Origin: Tubulanus polymorphus
Lineage: Eukaryota > Animalia > Nemertea
Assembly: GCF_964204645.1 (NCBI RefSeq)
Contig: NC_134031.1
Location: 16,417,807 to 16,481,806, forward strand
Direction: 5' to 3'
DNA: 64,000 nucleotides
The translations under genes were made by a program, and so were the position numbers. Positions within the stretch are counted from its first letter, which is position 1. Every line of letters starts with the position of its first letter. The notes under the pieces were generated by a model. That model did not search any database and was not told the origin of the DNA. It worked only from the letters and a program-made list of their open reading frames with translations. Positions 27,901 through 41,830 of this stretch are shown piece by piece.

Positions 27901-28809
27901 AGACACACGTCTCCACTGTGAAACGAGCTGGTGAGCGAGTTATATAGCTATCGAATGGCTATGACACTTTCAGTCCGGTGTTTTTACTGTCTGATAAATA
28001 TTGCGAAATACTTGTTAAATTTCTGTCCATGAATCCCTAATGATCCTCTCTTATTGATAGATATATCATACACTTTCTGGTATAAATATTAGGGCTAAAT
28101 ATGGACCAGTCTATATGAAAATATGTAATATTTATTCCTCGAGGGAATCCCTTGAGTGAGTTATCCGCCATCTATCGACAAGAGTCACCAACAAACGGGC
28201 TTCGTCAGTTTTATCAGAAAACCAACGAATTTTTAGTCCATGTAGTTTGTTCAACAATAACAAAAGTGCCCTTTTGAAGATTCTCAAGGATAAAAATGAA
28301 ATATATCGCAGAATTGATCTCTGTCCGCCTTCAAAGTTCCATCTTTGGGGTGGGACGAAAATGGAAAACATTTGAGTGACGTACCGGCATTAATGATGTC
28401 GACATCTTTTGAAGCAAATGGCAGGGTTGAATTAAATTATACTCGGATAATCTGCCGTTTTTACTATTGGAAGTGCGTAGGACAAAAAAAAATGTCTATG
28501 CGAACTGGACAAATATGGCCCAGGTCCTTTGCTTCAAATTGCTTATACCCCAAAAATCCTTATCCAATCTATCTGAAACTAGGCACGTGGTATTTATATT
28601 CACTAAAAAAATAAACGTTATAATATATTTTCTATGAAAAAAATTATCTGCGCAAAAAGAAAGAGGTCCATTTAATTAATACTCTGTGCGCTGTATTTAT
28701 CTATGTTGAGACGAGAAGATACACAATATCCGTGTAAGAAGATAACAAGAGAAATCCCACAATAAGTTCAGCCAAAACGAGAAACTTGAATAGAAGAGTT
28801 ATATATATT

Positions 28810-28853
28810 TGCGCAACGTTTCGGCTAAAGACTATTAGCCATCATCAGGCGTA
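28810..28853 (-). ncRNA. Minimal type-I hammerhead ribozyme motif in the 3' pLTR (element sense strand)
   Basis: Reverse complement reads CGC CUGAUGA U GGCUAA-UAGUCU-UUAGCC GAAA CGUU GCG: conserved core, 6-bp stem II, palindromic ACGU stem III. Confidence 0.75.
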
Positions 28854-29170
28854 CTGAGTACAGGAGAATATTACAAGATATTTATACAAGACCAAAACAA
28901 TAGAAGCAGAGTGAGTGATTAAAATATTGAAAGGGGAATAGATTAAAGTAATGACATAACAACTAGAAAACAATGCTAAAGTAAGCAAGGCAAACTAGGG
29001 GCAATGTAGATTAAAGTAATTAATAAACAAAGACACAAGCTAAAGTGATTAAAACGGGAGGACAAGCTAAGGGGTAATCAAATAAAACAAAGAGAAGGAA
29101 CATGAAAGGCGATAATCAGTGAGTGAGTGGAAACAAGCAAACTATGATAAAGGCAAAACAATGGAGGGAA

Positions 29171-30159
29171 TTAGTATAACGGGGGTACAAGAGAAGCGAG
29201 AAATTTGGAGATCAAAATGTTGTGGGGGGAGAAACCGTTATTCAAATTAACACAATTTTCCAAGTTTTCAATAATCAGGGCCGATTCCATAATGTGTCGT
29301 TTAATCTTTTCTGAACAGGGGAAAATTATGGAGGCATTTTCAAAATCAAAATTGTGGCTGGTTTCGTATACGTGATTGGCAACACCGCTTTCAGGCTTAA
29401 AATTCTTTACATCATTCTTATGTTCACGAATGCGCTTGTGTAAATCGCGTCCGGTTTCGCCGATATATATTTTGTTACAAACTTTACAGGGAATTTTATA
29501 TACACCAATGTTCAGGGGTTCAATTTTGGGGGAGTTATGAGTAAGATTACGACTAAGTTTGTTGTTATAAGTAAAAATGAGTTGTTTGTTTAAGAGATGG
29601 AGGGGAGTTTTAGATTTTTCCAGAAAAGGAACAAAAGGTACAATAATAGGCTGTTTACGCGCGCGGGTCCCTTGAGAGTGACTGAAATGTGAACGACGGG
29701 CTCTCAAGAGAGCTTTATTCAAAATGTCGTCGGGGTAAGCTAATTTATTAAGAGAGGTCTTGATCTGGGTTAGTTCATCATCCAAGAAAAGGGGGTCACA
29801 AATCCTTAATGCGCGAAGGAATAAGCTTTGGGCAACACTAAGTTTAATGTTATGAGCGGTGAAGGAGAAATAATGTAGGTATGTTCCAGAGTGGGTAGGT
29901 TTCCTATAAACCGAGAATTTTAGACAAGACAAACAATTGTGTATACAAACATCAAGGAAAGGGATTTTCCCATCAACTTCCAATTCAAATGTGAAGTTCA
30001 AGGAGGGATAAAAAGAGTTAATAAATGTGAGAAATTGATCAATATCAAAGTCAAAAGGTATAAGGGCAAGAATATCATCAACGTATCGTAACCAAAGTTT
30101 AGGGAGAGTATCTGTGTAAAGAGGTAGTAATTCGGTTTCAACGTGTTCCAGGAAAAGAA
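29171..30159 (-). CDS. PLE reverse transcriptase C-terminal half plus GIY-YIG endonuclease (5'-truncated, frame intact)
   Basis: WLRYVDD, IPFLDV, VYRKPTH, LRALRICD, and GVYKIPCKVCNKIYIGETGR..RIREH..ESALI..N motifs typical of Penelope/Poseidon elements. Confidence 0.93.
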
Positions 30160-30275
30160 ATATGTGCACTTGAATTTATTTACATCTAGAAAAAAAAGAC
30201 TTCTGCGATAGATCAATGTGGGATACGAGGGGGTTTGTTCAATCAGCCTAAATAGCTGTGTCTCTACGTACTCAG

Positions 30276-30319
30276 TACGCCTGATGATGGCTAATAGTCT
30301 TTAGCCGAAACGTTGCGCA
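30276..30319 (+). ncRNA. Minimal type-I hammerhead ribozyme motif in the inverted 5' pLTR
   Basis: CTGATGA at 30281-30287, stem II GGCTAA/TTAGCC, GAAA at 30307-30310, then CGTT GCG. Confidence 0.75.
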
Positions 30320-33207
30320 AATATATATAACTCTTCTATTCAAGTTTCTCGTTTTGGCTGAAATTATTGTGGGATTTCTCATGTTATTTATCTATGTGTC
30401 TACATGCGGACCAATCAAATTCAGTCGGCATCTTTTCCATCCGCATCTTTCTTAGATATTCTAAACGCCCCAATTATTAGAACCTATATCAAAGAATTTA
30501 ATTAAATCCCTGGACCCTTTCCGACGTATGGGGAATCAAATATCGTGAGAAAAGAAACAGTCGCTATTAATACACTGACTGCCTGATTGATCAAATACAT
30601 TTGATCAAAGAATGCAATGAGATAACAAAAACCACTAAGAATTCAGAATAATAGCCATATTGTGAATGCGTTTATTTCTCTAAATACATGTACGTCATTT
30701 TTTACACTTAGTTTACAGAAGAACAATCCATATGTGCACTTGAATTTATTTACATCTAGAAAAAAAAGACTTCTGCGATAGATCAATGTGGGATACGAGG
30801 GGGTTTGTTCAATCAGCCTAAATAGCTGTGTCTCTACGTACAAAATCACTGCAAACCCCCGAAAAAATAAAACTCTACGAACTTCAAGAATATCAGAATT
30901 TCTGCAGCAGAAACTACTCCGCATGTGCACTTGACATTTAGAGAACAGTTATAATGTACAATATATAGAGAGACTACATCGATGAAGATCTTGTCGAATC
31001 AGCAGATTTTTGAATCAATGGCTGTGTACAATGGACACTCGAGGTGCCATAATACTTGATTGTCTTCAAAAAACAAAGACTATCCAATGCCATACATAAT
31101 ATGTTTATTTCCGAACTCCATGCAGTTTACGTCCATCGTGACAACTGATTACAAATAATTTGGCAAAATAAATATATACATACTTTTTCTATGAATTAAA
31201 ATCAGCAAAGCAAACGAACAGCTTAAAAATGTTCCAAAAACTATTCGCAACTTGAATCCGTATGTAATGAGTTAACACGATTTAACATCTCTTCCTACTA
31301 CACACAATTTAAAGCATTTGTTGGGATGTCAATGTAATATTTCATGGTGGTTTTAGTTTTCATAACAGTAGTAGATAAATCATAAATTCATATTGCGAAA
31401 CTGGGCCCTTGTATTTGATACGTGCTAATCAAAAGGGGGAAGGGTGAGGAGTTGGCATAGACACTACAGGGGGGAGTGGTGGTGAGCTAGATATCTAAAG
31501 TGTGATCAATACATAAATTACATCACATCGATAGGAAATTGACACTAAAGTTTATCACAGAAAACGAATATGCACATCAAAGCATTTGTGTTGATATTGT
31601 TCACTGCCGTGGAACGCGGTATAATACACCGAACACCTGCAGCACGTCGAAACAAAAAGACACAATCATTTGATGTGTAATTAAATAAAATCTATTTTTC
31701 TTGAAGACATTTCATAGCGGTACGCACATAATAGAATACAGTTACACACACACACGACAACGTTACACCGAATATACATGACTCATCATCATCAAAAAAC
31801 GCTATCCCATTTCTTTTTACGATATAATCAATAATAATTATTATTATAATCTGATAATTATTACAAAATACGGACGGACGGCATCACTTAATAATATTAT
31901 TTCCCCTGTAGAATCCTAACCATACACCAATCTCACATATTTACGAAACATCACCCCTATTCCACTTTTCTAATCAGATCGGGCTCAACGAGACCTTGAC
32001 CTTATAGATCAGAGGTCATTAATGTTTTAGTACTAGCCGAGAAACGCAGTACACGGTCAGTCTAATGCTCTCAACTGCAGTACACGGTCTCTCATTAGTG
32101 TTTCTATCAATGACATAGGCACCCGGAATCAATTCCTATTATAAAATCTCTTCCCGACACAAACAATGCTATTCATTAACAACACCTCAGCGGTAGAGGC
32201 GTTTCATTAATGATCCGCGGCCAACCTGAATCCACAAATAGGAAGAATCTCGAACAAGCATCAAAATACCTTCGGCTTCGACTCAACTCCTGAAAGCTCT
32301 TGATGTCATTAAAAATCATCATTTAGTTGTAAACAATCAGATCGATCATAATAAATGAGCATCATTTCAACTACGTAGATCATTCGAACAAAAACCTTTC
32401 ATGTTTTTACTCAGTTTTTCACCTGAAAATCGAAACAGGTTCGAAACTATTCTTTGATATACTGCGCATCATTTCGTGCAATTGGCCATGATTTAAGCAG
32501 ACGTTTAAAACATTTTTTTTTTCAAATTTACAAAAATTCACACGTGTTAACCATACGATAAATTTAGCAGTCGGTGTCACCGAATTCAGCAAGACTGGTT
32601 ATTGCCTACCTACAGTGACAACAGCATAGATAACAACAAGACAGTATCAGTTTGTTAAATCTATTTACAATTTGTACTCTAAAACTATATCGACAAGATT
32701 AGGTTTCTTTCAAAGATTAGTTGTTGCTTAGATGATGACACTGATTTGTGTAATAACCAAGACGATAAATAGTTCAATATCCGTCGATTTATACTCGGAA
32801 TTGCAATAAACACTTTCAGTGGCAGCGCTAGATTTTATATAAAATGATAGGAGTAGAAAGACTTCGGATAAAGCATTAATCCGTCAGGTGCGATATACGT
32901 GTATGGTGCACCTTTCGCATCCGGTGCGTGTAGAGAACACGTGGCAATCAGAAAATATATGAAAAAATAAACCTATTCGTTTCGTCATCATCGTCTTTTC
33001 AGATTAAATGACGTTACTATCCTAGAAGTGATCTGTAGAGGTCAGTTTAGTTTCGTTAGTCTAATCGACGACGGAATTAAGAAATCTATCGGAACAATAT
33101 TAAACGTTACAATACATAATGAACACAGTATGAAAATCAAGATGAAATTCGATGAAAATGTATCGCATTAGAATCAATAAATACGGTCATGGAACTACAC
33201 GGGTACA

Positions 33208-33417
33208 CCCGGCGCAACTTTTCGGTTTTCTGAGCTAGTCGACCAGTGGTCGGAACTAATAACCGAACGCACAGTTCGGTCGTAACGTATTTCTGCGGCG
33301 GCCATCTTGCTCAAATCCGTGGTCGACTATTTCCTGACCAAGGTTCCGACTAACTGACATTCAGTTCGTTATGTTCGACTATAGTCGACTAACTCTGACA
33401 ACCGAAGTCGGCCCAGG
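33208..33417. mobile_element. Degenerate MITE (imperfect ~35-bp TIR containing TAGTCGAC) within the putative PDE6D 3' UTR
   Basis: Left end ..TTCGGTTTTCTGAGCTAGTCGAC is an imperfect inverted match to right end GTCGACTAACTCTGACAACCGAA. Confidence 0.6.
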
Positions 33418-33779
33418 CGGCGCTGTTAGGCAAAACAACAATAGCAACAACTTGGAAACAGAACGGTTCGAATATGGATGAAATGAGAACTTTTCTAAAA
33501 GATGATTCGTTTGTCTCGCAACGAAGAGCGAGAGTGATACGGTTCAGAACAGAGCGATTCCTGCGTGTCGATTCAATCAACGAAATGAGAAATTCTAAAA
33601 TAGACGATCAGTTTCGATTGGTATCAGTCGACTCCCGATTCGAGAAATCATCTAAAACTACGGCGACGAGGAATGAATTCAGAATCGCGCAACCGTCCTC
33701 TCTTCCCGTCGTCGCCTCCGATACTAGAACTAGTGTTCAAACGTTCGAGTCTATTTAACACTGTGCGCCACGTTTAACG

Positions 33780-35416
<1,637 letters not shown>

Positions 35417-35689
35417 GATTCTGGCGGTGATTGAGGCTCTGTAAATCACGAATAACACAAAAATTCAGAACAGATCAAATTCGGTGTCCAGTGTCAACAA
35501 TCCAACATGGCCGTCACACAAAAGTAGCGCGATTTAAAGCGATATCTTAATGTATAAGTTCTATATCATTCAGGATTTATTCAACTAAAACAGATTTTTA
35601 ATCTATGATATTTTTGGTGAAGAGTTATTCCAGCTTTTTGCTGAATGATGTTGAATATTTTTGAACTATTTTCTACACTTCGGATCGTG

Positions 35690-35735
35690 CGCCGCTGACA
35701 GCAACCCGGAAGTGAAATTCAAGATGGCGGCGCCC
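35690..35735. promoter_or_regulatory. Putative bidirectional promoter core for PDE6D and PEX5 (ETS plus YY1 motifs)
   Basis: CCGGAAGT at 35706-35713 and CAAGATGGCGGC at 35720-35731, lying between head-to-head genes. Confidence 0.6.
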
Positions 35736-36521
35736 ATGAAAATTTAGTTTCGACGTAATTTCGACAGATTTTATAGAATATGACGCATACGTGATTTAGT
35801 GAACGATACAATCGAGTATCCATTGGAAGAAAGGACCGACTTGCGTTAAGAAAAACCACTGATTCCAAAGAGTTCAACTGTCATCTCCGGAATAAGTCGA
35901 ATTTCCTTTCCCAGACCTTGTGTAAATAAAATTGAATTTGAATTGATAAGGTGATTTCTCAAGACAATCATAAAAGGTACATTTCAGGATTCAATCAGCA
36001 TACAATTTTCGGTTTTCATACGGTAACCGACAGAATTTGGAGAAACCCTAGAACAATGACAGAATGAGATTGTAACTTTTTTAATTTTGATGCCGCAAAA
36101 ACCGTTAAAATAATGTTTATATACAATACATTGATATGTATGTGTTTTATAAGGAGTTCTGCGTGAGTGGATGTGCACTACGTCATCAATATTGGTGTTT
36201 TAAAATAATTACAATTGTGAATTTTGGCATTTATTTTGTAGTTAAGGATATTTCATAACTCTTATTTAATTTTTGACAAATTTTAACAATAATGTTTTGA
36301 GAGGATATGCATCATCGATATATCAGGGCTAGACTGGTATCAGGTCAATTCAATTATCGATATATTAAAATCCAAAATAACCTTGTATTTAATATGATAT
36401 AATTGATATTATATTATTATCGTTGACAATATTAAGCAAAATATGTGGTATTTTTTAACGCATGAAGTTTGTTTTTGAGTTTGATATTTGCATATACTGT
36501 ATTTTCTATTGATATTTCTAG

Positions 36522-39500
36522 ATGTCGATGCGACAGCTGGTCGATGGTGAATGCGGTGGAGCTAATCCTCTGATGAAATTATCGTCTCACGTAACCCATG
36601 ATAGATCTTTCAGACAGGTCAGTTTTACGTTTCAATTATAGGACTCGTGAATCTTAATTCAATCCGTAATCGTCATTTTTAAAAAATATACAATCTAATT
36701 GTAGGAAGGTCTCCCAACGAGATATGCAAGGGGAGTTGAAGAGGTGAGTTTTATCATATATGAGCATAGTTAAAAAACTTTCTTAATGGAGCGAGTCTCT
36801 ATTAGTTTTTGAGAACTTTTTTAATGAAACTTATAATTGAAATGTTGTAATGGGGCTCGGTATTGTTTTACACATTTTATTGCTTATTCTGTTTTACATA
36901 TGTAAAGCATTACGAGTCTGTAAAGAGAATGCAGTTAAAGATAAAAATTATGATTATTATCAATTACCTGGAGAATGTGTTATAATTTTCATTCAGGTAT
37001 CACGGCCGTTCGAAGAGGCGACCGAAGATGAATTGGTTGAAGAATTTCTCAGCGATCCCCGCGCTGCGGCGCCGCGTACCTTCCGTATGGCCGGATTATT
37101 AGAAGAAATACGTCAAATCGAAGAAACAGAATCGAGATTAGAACCGCAGAGAGGTATTCACTTAGTTTCCCCATGACATAGTGAAGAATACATAATTTCT
37201 CCTGGATAGTTCAAACGCCGTAGTGAATGGAATTACAGGGGCGGATCTAGGGTGTGCACCCCCCAAATAGCTTAGGGTATATCATAATCAATGTGCACAC
37301 CACCTACACCCTTCCCTTGGATACGCCCCTGAAGTAGATACATCATGATATATTTATTTGAAAAGTAGATCTGTTTGCGGTTTTATGATGGATAGATAGT
37401 GGATATATGATGGATATTTAACTCATATTTTGTTAGCATGAAGAATGTCTATTTGCATTTTGATAGGTCCGGCCATCGCTGAATTGGCGCAAACTGAAAA
37501 ATGGGCTGAAGAATTCCTGAATGCCGATTCCGTTCCTCAACAGCAAACATCACCGGTTCCAGGCGGTTTTATTGAATCTGAACTGCATCATTTGCCGGCC
37601 GGATTGAATCAACCGGTCGCGTCTGTGAATGTAGGTTATCGCGGCGGCTTCCCGTCGTACGGGCCAATGAGAATGCAAGCTCATGAAATGCATCGGGCGC
37701 AGCCCGTGCCCGGTTCGATCGAGGAAGTGAAATGGGCCGAGGAATATCTAGAAAATACCGATCAAGATTGGTATGTCTGCGTTTATTTTATTTTCAATGC
37801 CAAAATTCCCGATGATGAATTTCTTTCACAAAATTTTTAAGCCCAAGTGAAGTTGCATGGGGTTTTTTTTCTTGATAAAATTCTAGGCGACACGACTATC
37901 CTCAGAATGTGCTTGATGACGACCAGTGGTTTCAAGAATACCAAGTAGATGATGCCGAGGCAGACGCAGAGCTTCAGAGAACTGCTAATGAACTACTGGG
38001 AACTATTGACCAGCCGAAATTCTCACATACTGCTGTAAGTAGTCGCAGTAATTTCTTATATCCAGAGTGTTTCAATCATATGAACGCCTCATACCGGTAT
38101 TGTCTTCTGCTCGTAGTTCTTGAAATTCGTGAAGAAAATTGGCGACGGAGAGTTGAAATTTGAAGACGACGTATTAGTCGATACAACCGCTCCTAAATCA
38201 GAAGATGGCACGGCCCAAGCTGAAGATGGGGTATCTATCGGTTATGAGTGGTCGATTTCATTTTGAAAAGAAAAATTGTTTGCGGCTGCGGTTATGCAAT
38301 GATTATCGTATAATTATCTTCAGGGGAAATCTTTAGCCGAGAAATGGGCTGAAGAATTCGAAAGCCAAGCCGAACAACAAGCTGATTTCTGGGAAAGACT
38401 TCAAAAACAATGGGAAGACATGGCCAGGTAAGGAGATGATTTTTTCATGCATTAGCTAATAAATCGTCATTAGTTAATTGTAATACTAGTGATTTATATT
38501 CTATGTATAGTGAGGATAAGGAGGGCAAACATTCATGGTTATCTGATTACGACACTGTAGAACCCGATGTTTATAAGGTAGTACCCGGAATACATTTCTG
38601 CTCTCAAAAATTCTAATCAAAGTCATTGAAGCGATGAAATAAATACTGGTACATGTTTGTTTATAGGACTATGCATTTGAGGAAGACAATCCGCTGAAAG
38701 AGCATCCCAACGCATTTGAAGAAGGTCTTGAGCGTTTGAAACAGGGTGATATTCCTAATGCTGTATTGCTTTTCGAAGCTGCAGTTCAACAAAACCCAGA
38801 TCACTTGGAGGTATAAGGATTTTGATGACGCAGATGAATCAAATGTATGTAAATGGAAACTTATTTTGAAATGTGGTTCATTTAAGGCTTGGCAGTATCT
38901 GGGCACAACACAAGCTGAAAACGAGCAAGAGCCACTGGCTATTGCCGCACTGAAAAAGTAAGTTTAAAACTTCAGATGTTTCGTTCCAAATTTTGTCTGA
39001 ATAATGTTGATGACGTTGATAATTTCTATCTTTCGTAGGTGTTTAGAATTGGATGCGGGTAATTTAACGGCATTGATGGCGATAGCTGTCAGCTATACGA
39101 ACGAATCTATGCAGGTGCAGGCTTGTGAATCTTTGCGATCTTGGCTCCGTCACAACCCTCTCTATTCGGCGCTTGTTCCCGCTTCAACGAAATCAGCCGA
39201 TTCGGCGACTACCTCATATATGTCTCGGTAAGGCGCGAAATCTTCTTCAATCAAAACGCTTAAAAACGCGAATATGTATTCGAAATATCTTTTCTTATTC
39301 AGTCAATTACACGATGATGTTCAAGATTTATTCATACAAGCGGCCCAACAATCACCAGATGATGTAGATGCAGATGTACAGGTATGATTGTAATTTATGA
39401 TTCAGATTTTCCAGCTGTATGTGCCATCTTGAATGATATATCTATTGTATCTTGTAGTGTGGATTAGGTGTGTTGTTTAATCTGTCCGGAGAATATAACA

Positions 39501-40600
39501 AAGCCGTCGATTGTTTCAATGCTGCTTTACAAAAACATCCGGATGTACGTCGACGTAAAACTTTCCTTCAAACACTCAATATATGCTGCTATTGCCTCGA
39601 TTTATTTTTAATCATGTTCTTCTAATCTTATAGGATTATTTATTGTGGAATAAGCTCGGCGCCACGTTGGCTAATGGCAATCGCAGCGACGAAGCGATCA
39701 GCGCGTATCATCGCGCTTTAGAGATATCTCCGGGGTTTATACGTTCGAGGTATAATTTGGGAATAGCTTGCATCAACTTGGGAGTTCATAGGTAAGCTAA
39801 GCCCCCAGCAGCGACTTGATCTAAACATGTCTTGAGGAATAGCTTTTAGATTACAGGCCCGTACCAAGCTTTTTTCAGAGGCACTTTTCACCATAAAAAG
39901 GGCACTTTTTTATTGAAAATAGAAAGATCCAGTGCCCAGGAACCTGAATAAATCATTTGAGAATGGATTACTTTTCAACTTCCTTAAACCATGAATATGG
40001 TATCTAAATTTGGAAAAATCTTGACAGAAATTCTTTTACATTGACCTCTTGAAGGACACTGAAAATTTTAAGGGGTTCGTCCGCTACCCCCAACCCCTCC
40101 TTGGCACGTGCCTGGATTAAACTTAACACGTTCACTACCACCATTTTTGCTCCCAGTTGCTGCCTACGAGTTATCTCTTAGCAATAGATCTAATCACTAG
40201 TCGACCATTGGTCAAAATTGACCAATGAGCATTAAGAATGAAGCAGATTTAACATCGTCAGCCAATGAACTGTGTCCTCTAACAGTGAATAAGAAGAATC
40301 AGCTATGAGATAACTTGTAGTAGCAATGATGTCAGAACCAGAAATATGTTGAGATATCTTGTAGTGGGCACACTGTGTTGATATTGCAGGGAAGCGGTCG
40401 AACACTTTTTGACAGCCCTCAATTTACAACTGCAAGGAAAAGGTCCGAAAGATGACCAGCAGGTGATGTCGGAGAGTATCTGGTCGACGATGCGTCTGGC
40501 TGTATCGATGATGGGAAAACCTGAACTGTATGAAGCCTGCGACCGCAAAGATTTGAATCATCTCAACGAAGAGTTTGGTATGAAAACAAACAATAGTTGA
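36522..40600 (+). CDS. PEX5: Peroxisomal targeting signal 1 receptor, ~655 aa
   Basis: 15 frame-consistent exons: 36522-36617, 36705-36743, 36997-37153, 37467-37770, 37887-38034, 38117-38230, 38324-38427, 38511-38577, 38667-38810, 38887-38957, 39039-39227, 39303-39381, 39458-39544, 39634-39791, 40390-40600. N-terminus [20 protein letters not shown] (Cys11), LVEEF, WxxxF/Y repeats, PEX7-binding [14 protein letters not shown] motifs ([29 protein letters not shown]). Confidence 0.97.
37236..37331. mobile_element. MITE with CAGGGGCGGATC termini; relative at ~57000-57251
   Basis: Inverted termini CAGGGGCGGATCTAG / TTGGATACGCCCCTG. Confidence 0.7.
39854..40114. mobile_element. MITE with CAGGCCCGTACCAAG / CTTGGCACGTGCCTG termini
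   Basis: Imperfect 15-bp TIR flanked by GATTA on both sides (possible 5-bp TSD). Confidence 0.65.
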
Positions 40601-40735
40601 TCGTAATAATTCAGATTACCGGGCAAACAATAGTTGATTGTAATAATTCAGATTACCTGGAAAACAATAGTTGATTGTAATAATTCAGATTACCTGGAAA
40701 ACAATAGTTGATTGTAATAATTCAGATTACTGGGC
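40588..40735. repeat. 4 x 37-bp tandem repeat whose first unit contains the PEX5 stop codon
   Basis: AAACAATAGTTGATYGTAATAATTCAGATTAC.. units start at 40588, 40625, 40662 and 40699. Confidence 0.95.
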
Positions 40736-41393
40736 ATGTATGAAAATATTTAGTTTATGTGGGCTTCCATTTTAGGAAATGATTTTAAGTGTGCTATCTT
40801 GATGCTAATGTGTTTGTGTATAGCATTTTTGCTAAATTATTGGTGAAATGTAGGCTATAATCTCATTCTTTGTCATCGACATATAGTACTTTCACCGTAA
40901 TTACTGTGTCCATTAAGAGATTTATTGAAAACCACCGGTACTGAATGATTAGTGCAATACAATAGGGAGTAATAGATAAGTTCTTTTTAGCAAATAAAGG
41001 ATGATTAAACATTCCATAAGTGTATGATAATGGTTGAAATTTTGGACAGTTGTACGATATACCGTCCAATAGAAGCGGTTTGTAAAAATTACATCTGATG
41101 TAATTATTTCTTGTTCAGTGGAAAAACCAATATAAAACAGTTTTTTATCAGATTTCTCAATGTAATTTATTCATAGAATGCAATACAGAGCTGTATAGTG
41201 CAAGATGTTGATTTTACAAATGAATTTGTACTTGTATGAAATAAAAACTTCTGCATCGAATCGAAAAACGTCTGATTTTGCTCATTTATACCTGCTCAAG
41301 ATAGGCCTACGCCACGTTTAGTGTATACCTGTTCTGCAGTCCTTTATTCTGGTCATTAGTATCCATTTTCCATAAAATCCGTAAAAAAGACAC

Positions 41394-41506
41394 CTGGGCC
41401 TAGTTTCACGAAAAAGTTTTTGTTGGCCTTATCAAAAACATGAAGTAACCAATGGCAATTACACCAAAAAGTTGGAGTTGAACTATTTTGTGAAACCAGG
41501 GCCCAG
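41394..41506. mobile_element. MITE (CTGGGCCTAGTTTCACGAAA / TTTGTGAAACCAGGGCCCAG)
   Basis: Imperfect terminal inverted repeats. Confidence 0.65.
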
Positions 41507-41830
41507 TTGCCTTAGGGATAGATCCTTTATCAACTGCTGTCATAACAATGAGAATCTATGGTTATAATTTGAAAATCTTCCCAAGGATTATTTTGCCCCA
41601 TCCATATCCATGAATCTCGCTCATGGCCAAAATGAATTCCTGGGACCAGAAAATCGAATGATTAGCCTCGATCCAAGCGAGATTTGACAGATCGTATACA
41701 AAACACCAGCGAGTTATCAAATTTGTTTTTATTCTTACTCTATTTACATACATATTGAAATATTCTGTCAGCTATCCTGTAAAAATGGTGCAAAATGCAG
41801 AGTCTTAAACGCATAAATTCCACTGTCCGA

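Larger units (their letters stand above)
28707..30384 (-). mobile_element. Penelope-like retroelement (PLE), 5'-truncated, with inverted pLTRs and a 13-bp TSD
   Basis: TSD TATTTATCTATGT at 28694-28706 and 30385-30397; 120-bp inverted repeat 28742-28861 / 30268-30387 with 2 mismatches; RT plus GIY-YIG ORF inside. Confidence 0.93.

Noticed and set aside
27000-28690. Possible additional gene between RERE and the Penelope element
   Set aside because: Only short ORFs and repeat-like fragments; no coherent exon chain or recognisable homology
29998-30930. Short minus-strand ORFs sharing IYRRSLFFLDVNKFKCTY
   Set aside because: Translation of the duplicated 112-bp non-coding segment, not a protein domain
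38231-38323. PEX5 intron starting GTATCT as a possible U12 intron
   Set aside because: Lacks the GTATCCTT consensus and a CCTTAAC branch point
41160-41350. Overlap of PEX5 and PPIH 3' UTRs
   Set aside because: Several candidate poly(A) hexamers on both strands; which are used cannot be determined from sequence alone
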